From Octopus sinensis (lineage: Eukaryota), in contig NW_021832172.1 of NCBI RefSeq assembly GCF_006345805.1, positions 1 through 31,829 of the forward strand: 31,829 nt of DNA. Direction: 5' to 3'. The notes below the pieces were generated by a model. That model was not told the DNA's origin. It ran no database searches and worked only from the letters and a program-made list of their open reading frames with translations. Position 1 is the stretch's first letter, and each line of letters starts with the position of its first letter. Position numbers and translations under genes: made by a program. Positions 11,370 to 22,074 of the stretch are shown one piece after another.

Positions 11370-11685
11370 TCTTTTATCTTTCACTTGTTTCTATCATTAA
11401 ACTTTGGCCATGCTGGAGCATCACCTTGAGGAATTTTTAGTTGAATGAATCAACCCCAGTAGCTATTTTTACTTTAAGCTAGGTACCTATTCTATTAGTC
11501 TCTTTTGCCAAACTGCTAAGTTATAGGAATGCGAACACATCAATTACAGTTCTCAAGTGATGGCGGGAAACACAGACACAAAAGCAAACACATACACTAA
11601 TGTGTGTGTATGTGTATGTAAATATATATATATATGTGGACATATATGAGGCTTCTATCAGTTTCCATCTACAAAATCTACAATC
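11370..11685 (-). mobile_element. SINE family A, diverged, head missing
   Basis: GGCCATGCTGGAGCATCACC...GTCTCTTTTGCCAAACTGCTAAGTTA...GGCTTCTATCAGTTTCCATCTAC. Confidence 0.8.
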
Positions 11686-11699
11686 CACGATTAATCAAA

Positions 11700-11980
11700 A
11701 ACAATGTGAATAAATAAATAAATAAAATAAATAATAATAATTGTGTACAGTGCTCAGGTGCACTACAACACATCTAAAGTGTATATATAATCAGGTGTAG
11801 TTTCGGCGGATTTCGGAAAGCATGAGGGCATTAAAGGATGCAGTGTCATGGCAGTCAACAACTGACGCAGGCAGTTTATTCCATGCTTCAGCAACTCTGA
11901 GCATGAAAAAATGTTTCCGAAAGTCATGGGAGCTGTGTTGTTTTCTGACTTTGTAGGCATGTCCACGTGTGTTAGACACA
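11700..11980 (-). mobile_element. CR1-clade LINE 3' end with tail
   Basis: ORF 11791..11979(-) reads TRGHAYKV...RKHFFMLRVAEAWNKLPASVV (RGH...FF..RV...WN.LP motif), followed by a short 3' UTR and a (TTA)/(TTTA)n tail at about 11705-11742. Confidence 0.85.
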
Positions 11981-12042
11981 TAAGCATTACGTTTGATAGA
12001 ATAATCTGAATGCTAAAGGGTTAAAAATCCATCAAAGAGTTG

Positions 12043-12750
12043 GAAATTTAGAGAAGTACTCATTGATGTATTTGATGGTAGAGAGTAGGAGTTAGAGAGT
12101 AATAGCAGAGAAGACAACTGGAAGTTCCTGGGGAACAACTTGTGCTGAGGGCGACAGAGCTAGTCTGTGGCTGGTGCAAGATTCCAACCTGATAGAAGGA
12201 GATGCAATGATGGAACTGTGAGACAGACAGAGAGCCATAAATGCAAGAGAGACAGTCATGGAAAGGTTGAAAGAAAGGAGGTCTCAAAGCTATGAGACAA
12301 TGTCAGAATAATTCCAAACAATGGGAATAAATAAGGATTACATTTGAGAAAGGAATTTGAATGGTAAAGAGTTAGAAACCTAGCAAACAATCAGAAATTT
12401 AGAGAAGTTTTAATTGATGTATTTGATGATGGAGAGGAGGAATTAGAGACTTATTGCATAGAAGGCATAATTGGAATTTCCTATGGGAGAACATGATGAG
12501 GGATAAAGAGCCAGTCTGTGGCTGATTCAAGGTTCCATCCAGATTGAATGAGATGCAATGATGGAACAGTGATTCAGAGAGAGAGAGAGAGAGAGAGAGC
12601 CATAAATGCAAAAGAGAGACTTTGGAAAGACTAAAAGACAGGAGACAGCTAAGAACTCTCAAAGTTATGGGATAATGCATGGCTAATTCCAAACAATGGG
12701 AATAAATAAGAATTACATTTGACAGAATAATCTGAATGCTAAATGGTTAA
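12043..12750. repeat. Diverged about 350-bp tandem duplication, each unit ending in a family G MITE terminus
   Basis: GAAATTTAGAGAAGT...ATTGATGTATTTGATG at 12043 and 12394. Shared GAGATGCAATGATGGAAC and AATTCCAAACAATGGGAATAAATAAG; units end GAATGGTAAAGAGTTAG / GAATGCTAAATGGTTAA. Confidence 0.82.
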
Positions 12751-12856
12751 TGTCTCAGAATGTGAAGAGCTGGAAAATACACCATAAAGCATTCCTGTTG
12801 ATGCTGTCACTCTCCCACCTGTAAAGGAATGTGAAATGAAATGGTTTTGCTCAAGA

Positions 12857-13079
12857 GCTGGCAGAAATGTTAGCACGCCGGGCGAAATGCGTAGCCGTAT
12901 TTCGTCTGCCGTTACATTCTGAGTTCAAATTCCGCCGAGGTCGACTTTGCCTTTCATCCTTTCGGGGTCGATTAAATAAGTACCAGTTACGTACTGGGGT
13001 CGATGTAATCGATTTAATCCGTTTGTCTGTCCTTGTTTCTCCATTCTGTGTTTAGCCCCTTGTGGGTAATAAAGAAAGA
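12857..13079 (+). mobile_element. SINE family B inserted in a family D head fragment
   Basis: 14-bp TSD GGTTTTGCTCAAGA at 12843-12856 and 13080-13093. Confidence 0.92.
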
Positions 13080-13211
13080 GGTTTTGCTCAAGAACACATT
13101 CAGGGATTGGGTGTTGCACTCATGATCTACCAATCAAGAGTGCAACATCCAAACCACAAGGCTGTGTGTGTGTGTGGGTGTCTTTATCATCGACATCATT
13201 GTTTCATGCTT

Positions 13212-13300
13212 CCTAAATATCCAATGTGCCACATAGAAGGGCTGAACCTGAAGCCAAGTGATTGGGTTAGTGAACTTCTCCACACATCCATACTGCGCAC
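13212..13300 (-). mobile_element. SINE family A head fragment, diverged
   Basis: GTGCCACATAGAAGGGCTGAACCTGAAGCCAAGTGATTGG resembles the reverse-complement head. Confidence 0.55.
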
Positions 13301-13773
13301 CTATTCCAGTTGGCACAGCCAAGGCTGCAATTAGCAGACCCACTGCTGCGCTGATTATCTTTGAACACACAAATAAATTCAATGGAATTAAATTCTTGAC
13401 ACTGAGAGATGCCAATGATGATAATGATGATGATGATGAGTCTTATATATCTTATCCCAGATTTATTTTCTTCACTGTGGGATTATAGCTCTATGACGGC
13501 GCTTCTATCTACACACACTGGTTTTTCTTCATGATAAACAAAATATTTCAATAAACAAACACTGGCAGAAAATAAGTAAACCTAGAAAGAAGATATCTTC
13601 TCCATTTCCTCTGTTATCACATCAAATATTAATTTATCCAACCTAAACATTATTTGAAACTTTTTTCCTGAACGGCTGCCAAATTCTTTACAACCTGCAT
13701 GTGCAATATGCAATGGAATATTGCATATAAGGTTGTTATTAAATGCACTCAATGAACTGTGGTATATCTGAGT

Positions 13774-13987
13774 CTTTAACTCTTTTACTTGTTTCAGTCA
13801 TTTGACTGCGGCCATGTTGGAGCACCGCCTTTTAGTCGAGCAAATCGACCCCGGGACTTATTCTTTGTAAGCCCAGTACTTATCCTATCGGTCTCTTTTG
13901 CTGAACCGCTAAGTGACGGGGATGTAAACACACTAACATCGGTTGTCAAGCGATGTCGGGAGGGCAAATACAGAAACACAAAGACAC

Positions 13988-14026
<39 letters not shown>

Positions 14027-14163
14027 TTACTTGTTTCTGTCATTTGACTGTGGCCATGCTGGAGCACCACCTTTTAGTCGAGCAAATCGACCCTGGGACT
14101 TATTATTTGTAAGCCGAGTACTTATTCTATCGGTCTCTTTTGCTGAACCGCTAAGTGACGGGG
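13774..14163 (-). mobile_element. Two tandem SINE family A 3' ends
   Basis: 13774-13990 and 14023-14163 are near-identical direct repeats separated by (TA)n. Confidence 0.88.
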
Positions 14164-14501
14164 AGTGATTAAGAAGTTTGCTTTGTGATAAATGCAGATC
14201 CTGGTTCAATCCTAATGCGGGGTACTGGTACTTTCTGATGAGTGACTTCTACAGTAAGTACCTCTTTATCAATGTTACCTTATGCTGGTGCCATGCAAAA
14301 AGCACCTGGTACATTCGGTAAAAGGATTGGCATCAGGAAGGGCATTAAGCCATAAAACATTTATTTCTTTATTTTTGCCTAAAAAATGGATCTACAACTT
14401 CAATATCCGTACATATCTCACATCTATTTTCATTCCTCCACCTCACTCTCTATTTTGTATCGTATCTAAACTAACTATTACTTAACCATCCTCTCACACC
14501 A

Positions 14502-14551
14502 TCTCCAATGAAGGGATATAATTAATAAATATCCTGGAAACAGCTGTAAGA
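14502..14551 (+). ncRNA. Degenerate minimal type I hammerhead-ribozyme-like motif
   Basis: TCT-CCAATGA-A-GGGATAT-loop-ATATCCT-G-GAAAC-AGCT-GTA-AGA: stem I TCT/AGA, 7-bp stem II, 2-bp stem III with palindromic AGCT loop. Core has 2 mismatches to CUGANGA. Confidence 0.6.
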
Positions 14552-14610
14552 CCTTCTATCTATAAATGTTCTAAATTCTACACGCAAAAAATTCTTATAT
14601 TATATATATG

Positions 14611-15277
14611 TCCTTTTATATGTTTCAGTCATTTGACTGCATCCATGCTGGAGCACCCACCAACTTGAAAGGTTATAGACAAAGTAACTGACACCAGGAC
14701 TTATTCTTTGTAAGCCCAGTACTTATTCTATCAGTTTCTTTTGCCAAACTGCTAAGTTACAGGGACATAAACAGACCAATATCAGTTGTTAAGTGATGGT
14801 GGGGAAACAAACACAGACTCAAAGACACAAACATATATATATATATATATATATATAAATATATCATCATCATCGTTTAACGTCCGTTCTCCATGCTAGC
14901 ATGGGTTGGACGGTTCTCCTGGGGTCTGGGAAGCCAGGAGGCTGCACCAGGCTCCAGTCTGATCTGGCAGTGTTTCTACAGCTGGATGCCTTTCCTAACA
15001 CCAACCACTCTGTGAGTGTAGTGGGTGCTTTTTACGTGCCACCGGCGCAGGTATCACAGCATCAATTTCCATTTGATATATACATATATATATATACACA
15101 CACACACATATATATATACAACAGGTTTCTTTCAGTTTCTGTCGACCAAATCCACTCACAAAGCTTCAGTCAGCCTGAGGTTGCAGTAAAAGACACTTGC
15201 CCAAGGTTCCACAAATTGGGACTGAACCCAGAACCAAGTGGTTGGGCAACAAGCTTCTTACTACATAACCATGCCTA
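14611..15277 (-). mobile_element. SINE family A with nested family C element
   Basis: 3' half at 14611-14860, head at 15115-15277; a family C element sits in the internal microsatellite. Confidence 0.82.
14864..15050 (-). mobile_element. Family C 3' end
   Basis: Direct repeat of about 10554-10725. Confidence 0.87.
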
Positions 15278-15309
15278 CATGTATGTGTATATATATATAT
15301 ACATATTGT

Positions 15310-15767
15310 TGAGGCAAGTGAAATCGAAATCAAATTCGATGACTGGCATCAGTGCTAGTGGAGTGCTAAGAGTACCATCCGAGCATGATCGCTGCCAGAG
15401 CAACAAACTGGCTTCCATGCAGGTGGCACATAAAAAGCACCATTCGAGCGTGATTGTTACCTGCATCGCCTTACTGGCACATGAAAAAACATTCATGTGA
15501 GGTCATTGCCAGTGCCACTGGACTGGCTCCTGTGCAGGTGGCACGTAAAAAACACCATTTGAGCATGGCTGTTGCCAGTACTGCCTGACTGGCCCTTGTG
15601 CAGGTTGTACGTAAAAGAACCCACTACACTCTCAGAGTGTTTGGCTTTAGATAGGGCATCCAACTGTAGAACCTCTGCCAGATCAGATTGGAGCCTGGTG
15701 CAGCCATCTAGTTTGCCAGTCTTCAGTCAAATCGTCCAACCCATGCTAGCATGATGATGATGGTGAT
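15310..15767 (+). mobile_element. Family C, long copy with internal about 60-bp tandem units
   Basis: Repeated GGCACRTAAAAA(G)CACC units, then GGGCATCCAACTGTAGAA...CCATGCTAGCATGATGATG. Confidence 0.85.
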
Positions 15768-15779
15768 GTATATATATAT

Positions 15780-15962
15780 AAGGAAGTGATTTTCAATTCT
15801 CAAACACAGGATAATGCTAATAATATAGCCTGAACAAGATAAGTCACCCCTATTTCGCAGAAAAAAGTGTTGGCGGCTGGCTGCAAAATAGGGGTAGCTT
15901 ATCCTGTTCAGGCTATATTATTAGCATTATCCTGCGCTTGCGAATTTAAAATCACTTCTTTA
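15780..15962. repeat. Foldback palindrome (about 81-bp arms, 20-nt loop)
   Basis: 15780-15860 pairs with 15881-15962. Confidence 0.92.
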
Positions 15963-16030
15963 ACTTTCTCAGACATCTCAATGCTTCTAAAGCAAACTTC
16001 GTTTGTTTGTTTACATTCATCATAATTTGA

Positions 16031-16069
<39 letters not shown>

Positions 16070-16155
16070 AGAGATAATGGTGTCATTGAGACCCAAAGGT
16101 GTCAGGTAATGCTGAATAAGTTAAATAGTTAAGTTCCAGATTCGGTAATATTGCG

Positions 16156-16210
16156 AATAAAGGGTTCAATGTTGGTTCTATGTCATAGAACCAATGCTGA
16201 ACCCTTTATT
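16156..16210. repeat. 55-bp near-perfect palindrome
   Basis: AATAAAGGGTTCA.ATG.TTGGTTCTATG-T-CATAGAACCAA.TGC.TGAACCCTTTATT. Confidence 0.9.
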
Positions 16211-16242
<32 letters not shown>

Positions 16243-16339
16243 CAGTTCAAATGTACAGAAAACATAAGACAAAGACAGGTGAGGAAAGGGGAACAACAAG
16301 CAAGGTGTATTAGACTGATGCTCAGGAAGAATGGAAAAG

Positions 16340-16377
16340 TCTTTGATGTTTCAAGCCTACACTCTTTGACAGAAAGA
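16340..16377 (-). ncRNA. Second copy of the atypical hammerhead-like motif
   Basis: Minus strand reads TCTTT-CTGTCAA-A-GAGT-GTAG-GCTT-GAAA-C-ATC-AAAGA. The surrounding 16245-16400 is homologous to about 2510-2670. Confidence 0.48.
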
Positions 16378-17222
16378 GATGAGAGAAAAAAATACGTTGG
16401 GATTGCACCCATGCATACCACCATATACACATACACTCTCACACATATTCATATATATATTATCTACACGCATAAATGTAAAAATGCAGATTTTATTAAC
16501 TTGAAACACCCTGTACGCAGACAGAAAATTGTCTGAAGCAGATGTCGCCTCGGTTTGTTTTGATTTGAACCTTTGGCCCCAACTCTTACACTCGGAGCCT
16601 TTGTTATTTATGTTTATAAGCCCTTTTACATGTGTGTGCATGTGTACACGAGTTTGTGTATATATGTGCACATGTGTATTTGTGCATGTATGTGTGTGTG
16701 TGTATTTAATTTGCCTCTGTCTCCTTCTTCTTCTTGCTTGATCTCCTGTATCTTCACTAGCTGACACCCCGGCTATGATTCAGGGTAGGTTTTGATAAAC
16801 TTCAACATTTACGTCTCGTCTCGAGGTTGTTGCTGGAAATGTTTTTACAGCTGGGCATACTTCTAAACAACCAAACATTTTCTGCCGAGGGAAAGAACCA
16901 AGAGAAAAAAAAAATAAAAAAGGTACCTTCTCCTTTCTTTCCTCACCTTTATATCCACTTATTTATTTATCTATTTATTAATTTATCTATTTGCTTGTTT
17001 TTTAATGTTGCCACAGTCTGATGCTAGCCTGAAGTGTGAAGTGGAATCGGCTGGTGAATGCTGCCAACATAAACAAATGAGAAATCCAAAAGAACCAAGG
17101 AAATACCCACTGTAGCTGGTTGCTCAACCTGACAGAAAATAACAGTTGAATCTTTCTCAAGTCACTTCCATTTATTTCTTTTTTTAGTTTGTGTTTTTAT
17201 TATAAGCTTTTTATTTTTCATA

Positions 17223-17698
17223 TTTTTACTTGTTTCAGTCATTAGACTGCAGCCATGCTGGAGCATCACCTTGGAAGAATTTTAGTCAAACGAACAGACA
17301 CCCCGGGTACTTAGTTGGTACTTTTTAAAACCAGGTACTTAGTCTGCAGAAACGTTAGCACGCCGGGCGAAATGCGTAGCCGTATTTCGTCTACCGCTAC
17401 GTTCTGAGTTCAAATTCCACCGAGGTCGACTTTGCCTTTCATCATTTCGGGGTCGATTAAATAAATACCAGTTACGCACTGGGGTCGATATAATCGACTT
17501 AATTCATTTATCTGTCCTTGTTTGTCCTCTCTGTGTTTAGCCCCTTGTGGGTAGTAAAGAAATAGATATTTAGTCTATCAGTATTGTTTGCTGAACTGCT
17601 CAGTTACAGGGACATAAACAAAACAACACCAGTTGTGAAGTGGTGGTGAGAGAGAAACATGGACACAAAGACACACACACGTGTGCATGCGTACGTAT
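17223..17698 (-). mobile_element. SINE family A 3' half with nested family B SINE
   Basis: A homology at 17223-17345 and 17564-17690, either side of a B copy. Confidence 0.8.
17346..17563 (+). mobile_element. SINE family B
   Basis: TSD AGGTACTTAGTCT (17333-17345) / AGATATTTAGTCT (17564-17576), 2 mismatches. Confidence 0.9.
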
Positions 17699-18050
17699 GT
17701 GAAGGCACATGCTGCAGTGGTTAGAGTGTCAGGCTTACAACCATGAGATTGTAAATTCAATTCCTGGATCAGGTTGTGTGTTCTGTTCCTGAGCAAGACA
17801 CTCTATTTCATGTTGCTCCAGGGCTCCACTTCCCTCAGCTGCAGAAATGAGTTGCAACATCACCGGTGCCAAGCTATATTGACCTTTGCCCTTCCCTTGC
17901 ATAGCATTAGTGACATGGAGAGTGGAAGGTGATATGCATGGGTGACTACTGGTCTTCCACAAACAACCATGCCTGGATTTGTGTCTCGAATGAGAACTTA
18001 GCAAGTGCAATACAATGATTATTTGTGACCAAAGGGGGTCTTTACCATAC
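17699..18050 (+). mobile_element. SINE family D (tRNA head + CORE-like domain)
   Basis: GTGAAGGCACATGCTGCAGTGGTTAGAG...TTCCTGAGCAAGACACT...GACCAAAGGGGGTCT; collinear with the 22187 copy. Confidence 0.85.
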
Positions 18051-18163
18051 ATAATATATATATATATATATATTATAATATCCAGGTTTCTCGGAGCACT
18101 AGGCCACTTGGTGTTGAATAGATATACTATTAAATTAGTATCTAATTCTCTCACCCTTATTAA

Positions 18164-18164
<1 letters not shown>

Positions 18165-18214
<50 letters not shown>

Positions 18215-18472
18215 ATATATGTGTGTTGTGCTTGTATATATATATATATATATATGGTTAAGGAGTTTACAATTCAACCCCAGAGCACCTTGGGACAAGT
18301 GTCTTCTACAATATCCTTGGGTCAATAAAGGCGTTTGGCCAGAAACAAAATGTCCATCATGTGGTGTGTGTGTGTGTTTGTGTGTATGTATGTTTGTGTG
18401 CATGTGTTTGTGTGTGTGTGTGTGTGTGTGTTGTGTGTGTGTGTGTTTGTGTGTGTGTTTGTGTGTGTATGT
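18165..18472. repeat. (TA)n and (TG)n tracts
   Basis: Direct inspection. Confidence 0.9.
18255..18350 (+). mobile_element. SINE family A head/CORE fragment
   Basis: GCACCTTGGGACAAGTGTCTTCTACAATA. Confidence 0.65.
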
Positions 18473-18629
18473 TTAGTTGATTTGTTTTTATGTCTATATT
18501 TCCATGCTGATATGGGTTAGAAAACTTTTCTTCAACGAATATCAATTGAGACACTGTCTTCCAGCCCTTCCTCTTGCTAAACCTTATCCGTTTTCCAAGT
18601 TCAGGATCTCTAATTATTTCCACACATCT

Positions 18630-18852
18630 AAAGGCTGTGAGCTGGCAGAATCATTAGCATGCCAGGTAAAATACTTAGTGGTATTTCATCTGTTTTTACG
18701 TTCTGAGTTCAAATTCCTGCAAGGTCAACTTTGCCTATCATCCTTTGGGGGGGTCAATAAAACAAGTACCAGTTATGCACTGGGGTTACTGTAATCAACT
18801 AGTCTCCTCCTTTGAAATTTCAGGCCTTGTGCATAGAGTAGAAACCATTATT
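18630..18852 (+). mobile_element. SINE family B (variant 3' end), diverged
   Basis: GAGCTGGCAGAATCATTAGC...GAGTTCAAATTCC...AAATTTCAGGCCTTGTGC. A further 3' fragment lies at about 19345-19397. Confidence 0.82.
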
Positions 18853-18914
18853 CCTCACATCTTCAAAGCCACAAAAACAGGAACTGATTTATGTACAGAG
18901 GTAATAGCAATAAT

Positions 18915-19306
18915 GTGGAGGCGCAATGGCCCAGTGGTTAGGGCAGCGGACTCGCGGTCATAGGATCGCGGTTTCGATTCCCAGACCGGGCGTTGTGAGT
19001 GTTTATTGAGCGAAAACACCTAAAGCTCCACGAGGCTCCAGCAGGGGATGGTGGTGATCCCAGCTGTACTCTTTCGCCACAACTTTCTCTCACTCATACT
19101 TCCTGTTTCTGTTGTACCTGTATTTCAAAGGGCCGGCCTTGTCACTCCCTGTGTCACGCTGAATATCCCCGAGAGCTACGTTAAGGGTGCACGTGTCTGT
19201 GGAGTGCTCAGCCACTTACACGTTAATTTCACGAGCAGGCTGTTCCGTTGATTCGGATCAACCGGAACCCTCGTTGTCGTAACCGACGGAGTGCTTCCAT
19301 CTATCC
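18915..19306 (+). mobile_element. SINE family E, full length
   Basis: A-box TGGCCCAGTGG, B-box GTTTCGATTCC; TSD AATAGCAATAAT (18903-18914) / AATAGCAACAAT (19307-19318). Confidence 0.92.
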
Positions 19307-19589
19307 AATAGCAACAATATAACCACATATAGTCCAATGATTTTCAACTAGCTCCTCCCTCAAATTTCAGGCCTTGTGCATATAGTAGAAAGGATTACAT
19401 ATAGCTTTATCTACTTCTCTCTTTCTCTCCTTCCCTCTCTCTTTCTCTCCCTGTACATACATCAGACGCTTCCTCATCTACAGGGGTAATGGCTACAATG
19501 TCACCACTTATAGTCAAACACTTTTCAGCACATTTTCTGCCAATTGGGGATAACTCTCAAGATGATTAACCAATTAACTCAATTCAGCC

Positions 19590-19700
19590 TCAGCAGAAAA
19601 CACTTGCCTAAGATTAAGATACCACACGGCAGGATTGAACCTGGAACCACAGCGTTGCAGAATGAACTTCTTAACCATATTGTGGTGCATGTGGGTGGGC
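19590..19700 (-). mobile_element. SINE family A head fragment
   Basis: AAAACACTTGCCTAAG...GGATTGAACCTGGAACCAC...CTTCTTAACCA. Confidence 0.65.
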
Positions 19701-20187
19701 TTTTAATATAAGCTAACATCATTATTACTGCTTTCCTATTTCCTGCAGTATTTCTAAACACTTGCCCCATCTCCACAGCATTTATAAACATTGTCACTCT
19801 TTCTATATAATTATATGTTCTGGAGAAAGAGAGAGAGGACAGACAGACAGAGAGAGAGAGAGAGACTGAGTATGTGTGTGTGTATATATAGATATGTGTG
19901 TATATATATATATGTATATTTGTGTGGGTGTTGAATGTTTAAATATTCTATGTAAATATCAAATGTTTATATGATGTATATACTTTATAAAAGAATGTTC
20001 CAGTTTATTGTATACCGTTCCATAAACAGTATTTCTATACCCTACTGTAAAACTAATGAATCAGAACTCAGTGTTGGAATGTTGTTACAATTCTCATTCT
20101 AAAAGCCTGGTTTTAAAGCTCAATTATGTAAAGACTTCAATAGGTTTGTTTACATATAAGTATATATATATATATATATATATATAC

Positions 20188-20574
20188 AGTGGCTGTGTGG
20201 TAAGTAGCTTGCTAACCAACCACATGGTTCTGGGTTCATTACTGCGTGGCATCTTGGGCAAGTGTCTTCTACTATAGCATCGTGCCGACCAAAGCCTTGT
20301 GAGTGGATTTGGTAGACAAAAACTGAAAGAAGCCCGTCATATATGTATTCGTGTGTATGTGTTTGCATGTCTGTGTTTGTCCCCCCCAACATCGCTTGAC
20401 AACCGATGGTGGTATGTTTACATCCCCGTAACTTAGCAGTTCGGCAAAAAGAGACTGATAGAATAAGTACTAGGCTTACAAAGAATAAGTCCCGGGGTTG
20501 ATTTTCTCGACTAAAGGCGGTGCTCCAACATGGCCACAGTCAAATGACTGAAACAAGTAAAAGAGTAAAAGAGA
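20188..20574 (+). mobile_element. SINE family A, near full length (tRNA-derived head, CORE-like domain, internal microsatellite, stem-loop + 8-bp repeat tail)
   Basis: A-box TGGCTGTGTGG, B-box-like GGTTCATT, CORE-like CTTGGGCAAGTGTCTT, internal (TA/TG)n, 3' hairpin CAGTCA-AA-TGACTG (20537-20550) and (GTAAAAGA)n tail. More than 15 homologous pieces in the window. Confidence 0.9.
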
Positions 20575-20584
20575 ACCTATCTCT

Positions 20585-20917
20585 CTAGTTCTGATGCCAC
20601 AAAAATACATCCACTGCACAGTGTAAAATGGTAGGCAAATGTGCTGAGGAAGTGCAGTCTTGTTACACCTCTAATGATGGTCTGACTGAGGTCTATTCCA
20701 CCTCTCTAGTGCTGGTGCCACAAGGAAACGCAGCCAGTATGCTTTGTAAAGTGGTTGGTGGTAGGAAGGACATCCAGCTGCAGAAACCAAGCCAAATGAC
20801 TTGTAATGTGCCCCAGTCTACTATGGGGAGCTGTGAGCCCAATAAGAAATGACTGAAATGACCTGCCCAACCCATGCCAGCATCGGAAGCAGACATCAAA
20901 TGATGATGACGATGATG
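20585..20917 (+). mobile_element. Family C, diverged
   Basis: GTGGTTGGTGGTAGGAAGGACATCCAGCTG...CCAACCCATGCCAGCATCGGAAGCAGACATCAAATGATGATG. Smaller fragments at about 14280-14357 and 24982-25080. Confidence 0.72.
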
Positions 20918-21111
20918 GGGATACACACACACTTATAAATCAGGTGATATATCACCATATAAACATTTACATATGCCTGTATACATACATGTACTTATAC
21001 AAGTGTATACGACTATATTAAACATGTTTGATCACGCTCAAAAGTAGAATATAATTGTACAAAGCTATACTTCAACCAGTGTTGCTTAGTGCACCATTAA
21101 TGAGCATACAT

Positions 21112-21187
21112 GAGTGTGTTTGCATGTGTGTGTTTGCATGTATATATACATATATATGTATATATACATACATACATACATACATAC

Positions 21188-21256
<69 letters not shown>

Positions 21257-21564
21257 TACATATATATATATATAAACACACACACATATATATACATATA
21301 CACACATATATATACACATACACACATACATGTATGTATATATATATATATGTGGGGGTATATACACACATATACACACAAATGTATGAATGTAAAGAGA
21401 ATGTCCATAATAAGTACTGCTGTTTCACACCAGATAGACCGTGCGCATGTACGTGCGAAAGAGGAAATAAAGAGAGAGAGTGTGTGTGTGTGTGTATGAG
21501 AGTAAGAAAGAGAGAGAGCGTGTATATATGTGTGTATGAGAGCAAGAGGGAGAGTGTATGTGAG

Positions 21565-21595
<31 letters not shown>

Positions 21596-21598
21596 GCA
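21112..21598. repeat. Compound (TG)/(TACA)/(TA)/(CA)/(GA) microsatellite
   Basis: Direct inspection. Confidence 0.93.
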
Positions 21599-21820
21599 AG
21601 TCCTTGGTTATGTATATTTATGCTTACTGGTGTAAAACCAGTGCAATGTTATGGTGTAAAGCTATGATCCTCATCAGGTTCTGAAATTATCCAGTAAAAC
21701 AACAGACAATTGATAAACAAACTGTCTTCAGCCAGCCTGTCAGAATTCTAGTTTTTAAGCCTTTGCCAACCCCTGCATCACATGTGATAAACAGGGTATA
21801 CTTCCCTAGGGTTCATGCAT

Positions 21821-22074
21821 GAAGGCACATGGCTTAGTGGTTAGGCTGCTGCACTCACGATCACTAGATTATAGGTTCAATTCCCTAACTGGGCAGTTGT
21901 GTTCTTGAGCTAAACATTTCATTTCACGTCGCTCCAGTCCCCCTTTCAGTCAGTAGGGATTGCTGGCCTGCTTGTCTCGCCAGTGGGGTGGCATCATTTG
22001 AAGGCTAAAATAATGCAAAGTGCATTGTGACCAGCGATGTTTAACATCATCTGATAGCCTGGCTGGTCACATGG
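21821..22074 (+). mobile_element. SINE with family D head and a different 3' body
   Basis: TGGCTTAGTGG / GGTTCAATTCC boxes and TGTGTTCTTGAGC; 8-bp TSD TCATGCAT at 21813-21820 and 22075-22082. Confidence 0.85.

Noticed and set aside
15355-15630. CRISPR-like repeat-spacer array
   Set aside because: Repeats are degenerate, the spacers resemble each other, there are no cas genes, and the context is a eukaryotic retroposon.
16504-16517. Tc1/mariner-like terminus (reverse complement TACAGGGTGTTTCA)
   Set aside because: No partner TIR found nearby; too short to call.
17016-17115. Possible exon after a ...TTGCCACAG acceptor (SDASLKCEVESAGECC...)
   Set aside because: Short, no recognisable protein similarity, weak donor and no supporting neighbouring exons.
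18917-18992. tRNA gene
   Set aside because: A and B boxes are present but there is no paired acceptor stem, and it continues into a SINE body with a TSD. The same holds for family A, B and D heads.
19048-19251. Duplicated 67-aa ORF (also 23552-23755) as a gene pair
   Set aside because: Both lie inside family E SINE copies, so the similarity reflects the repeat.
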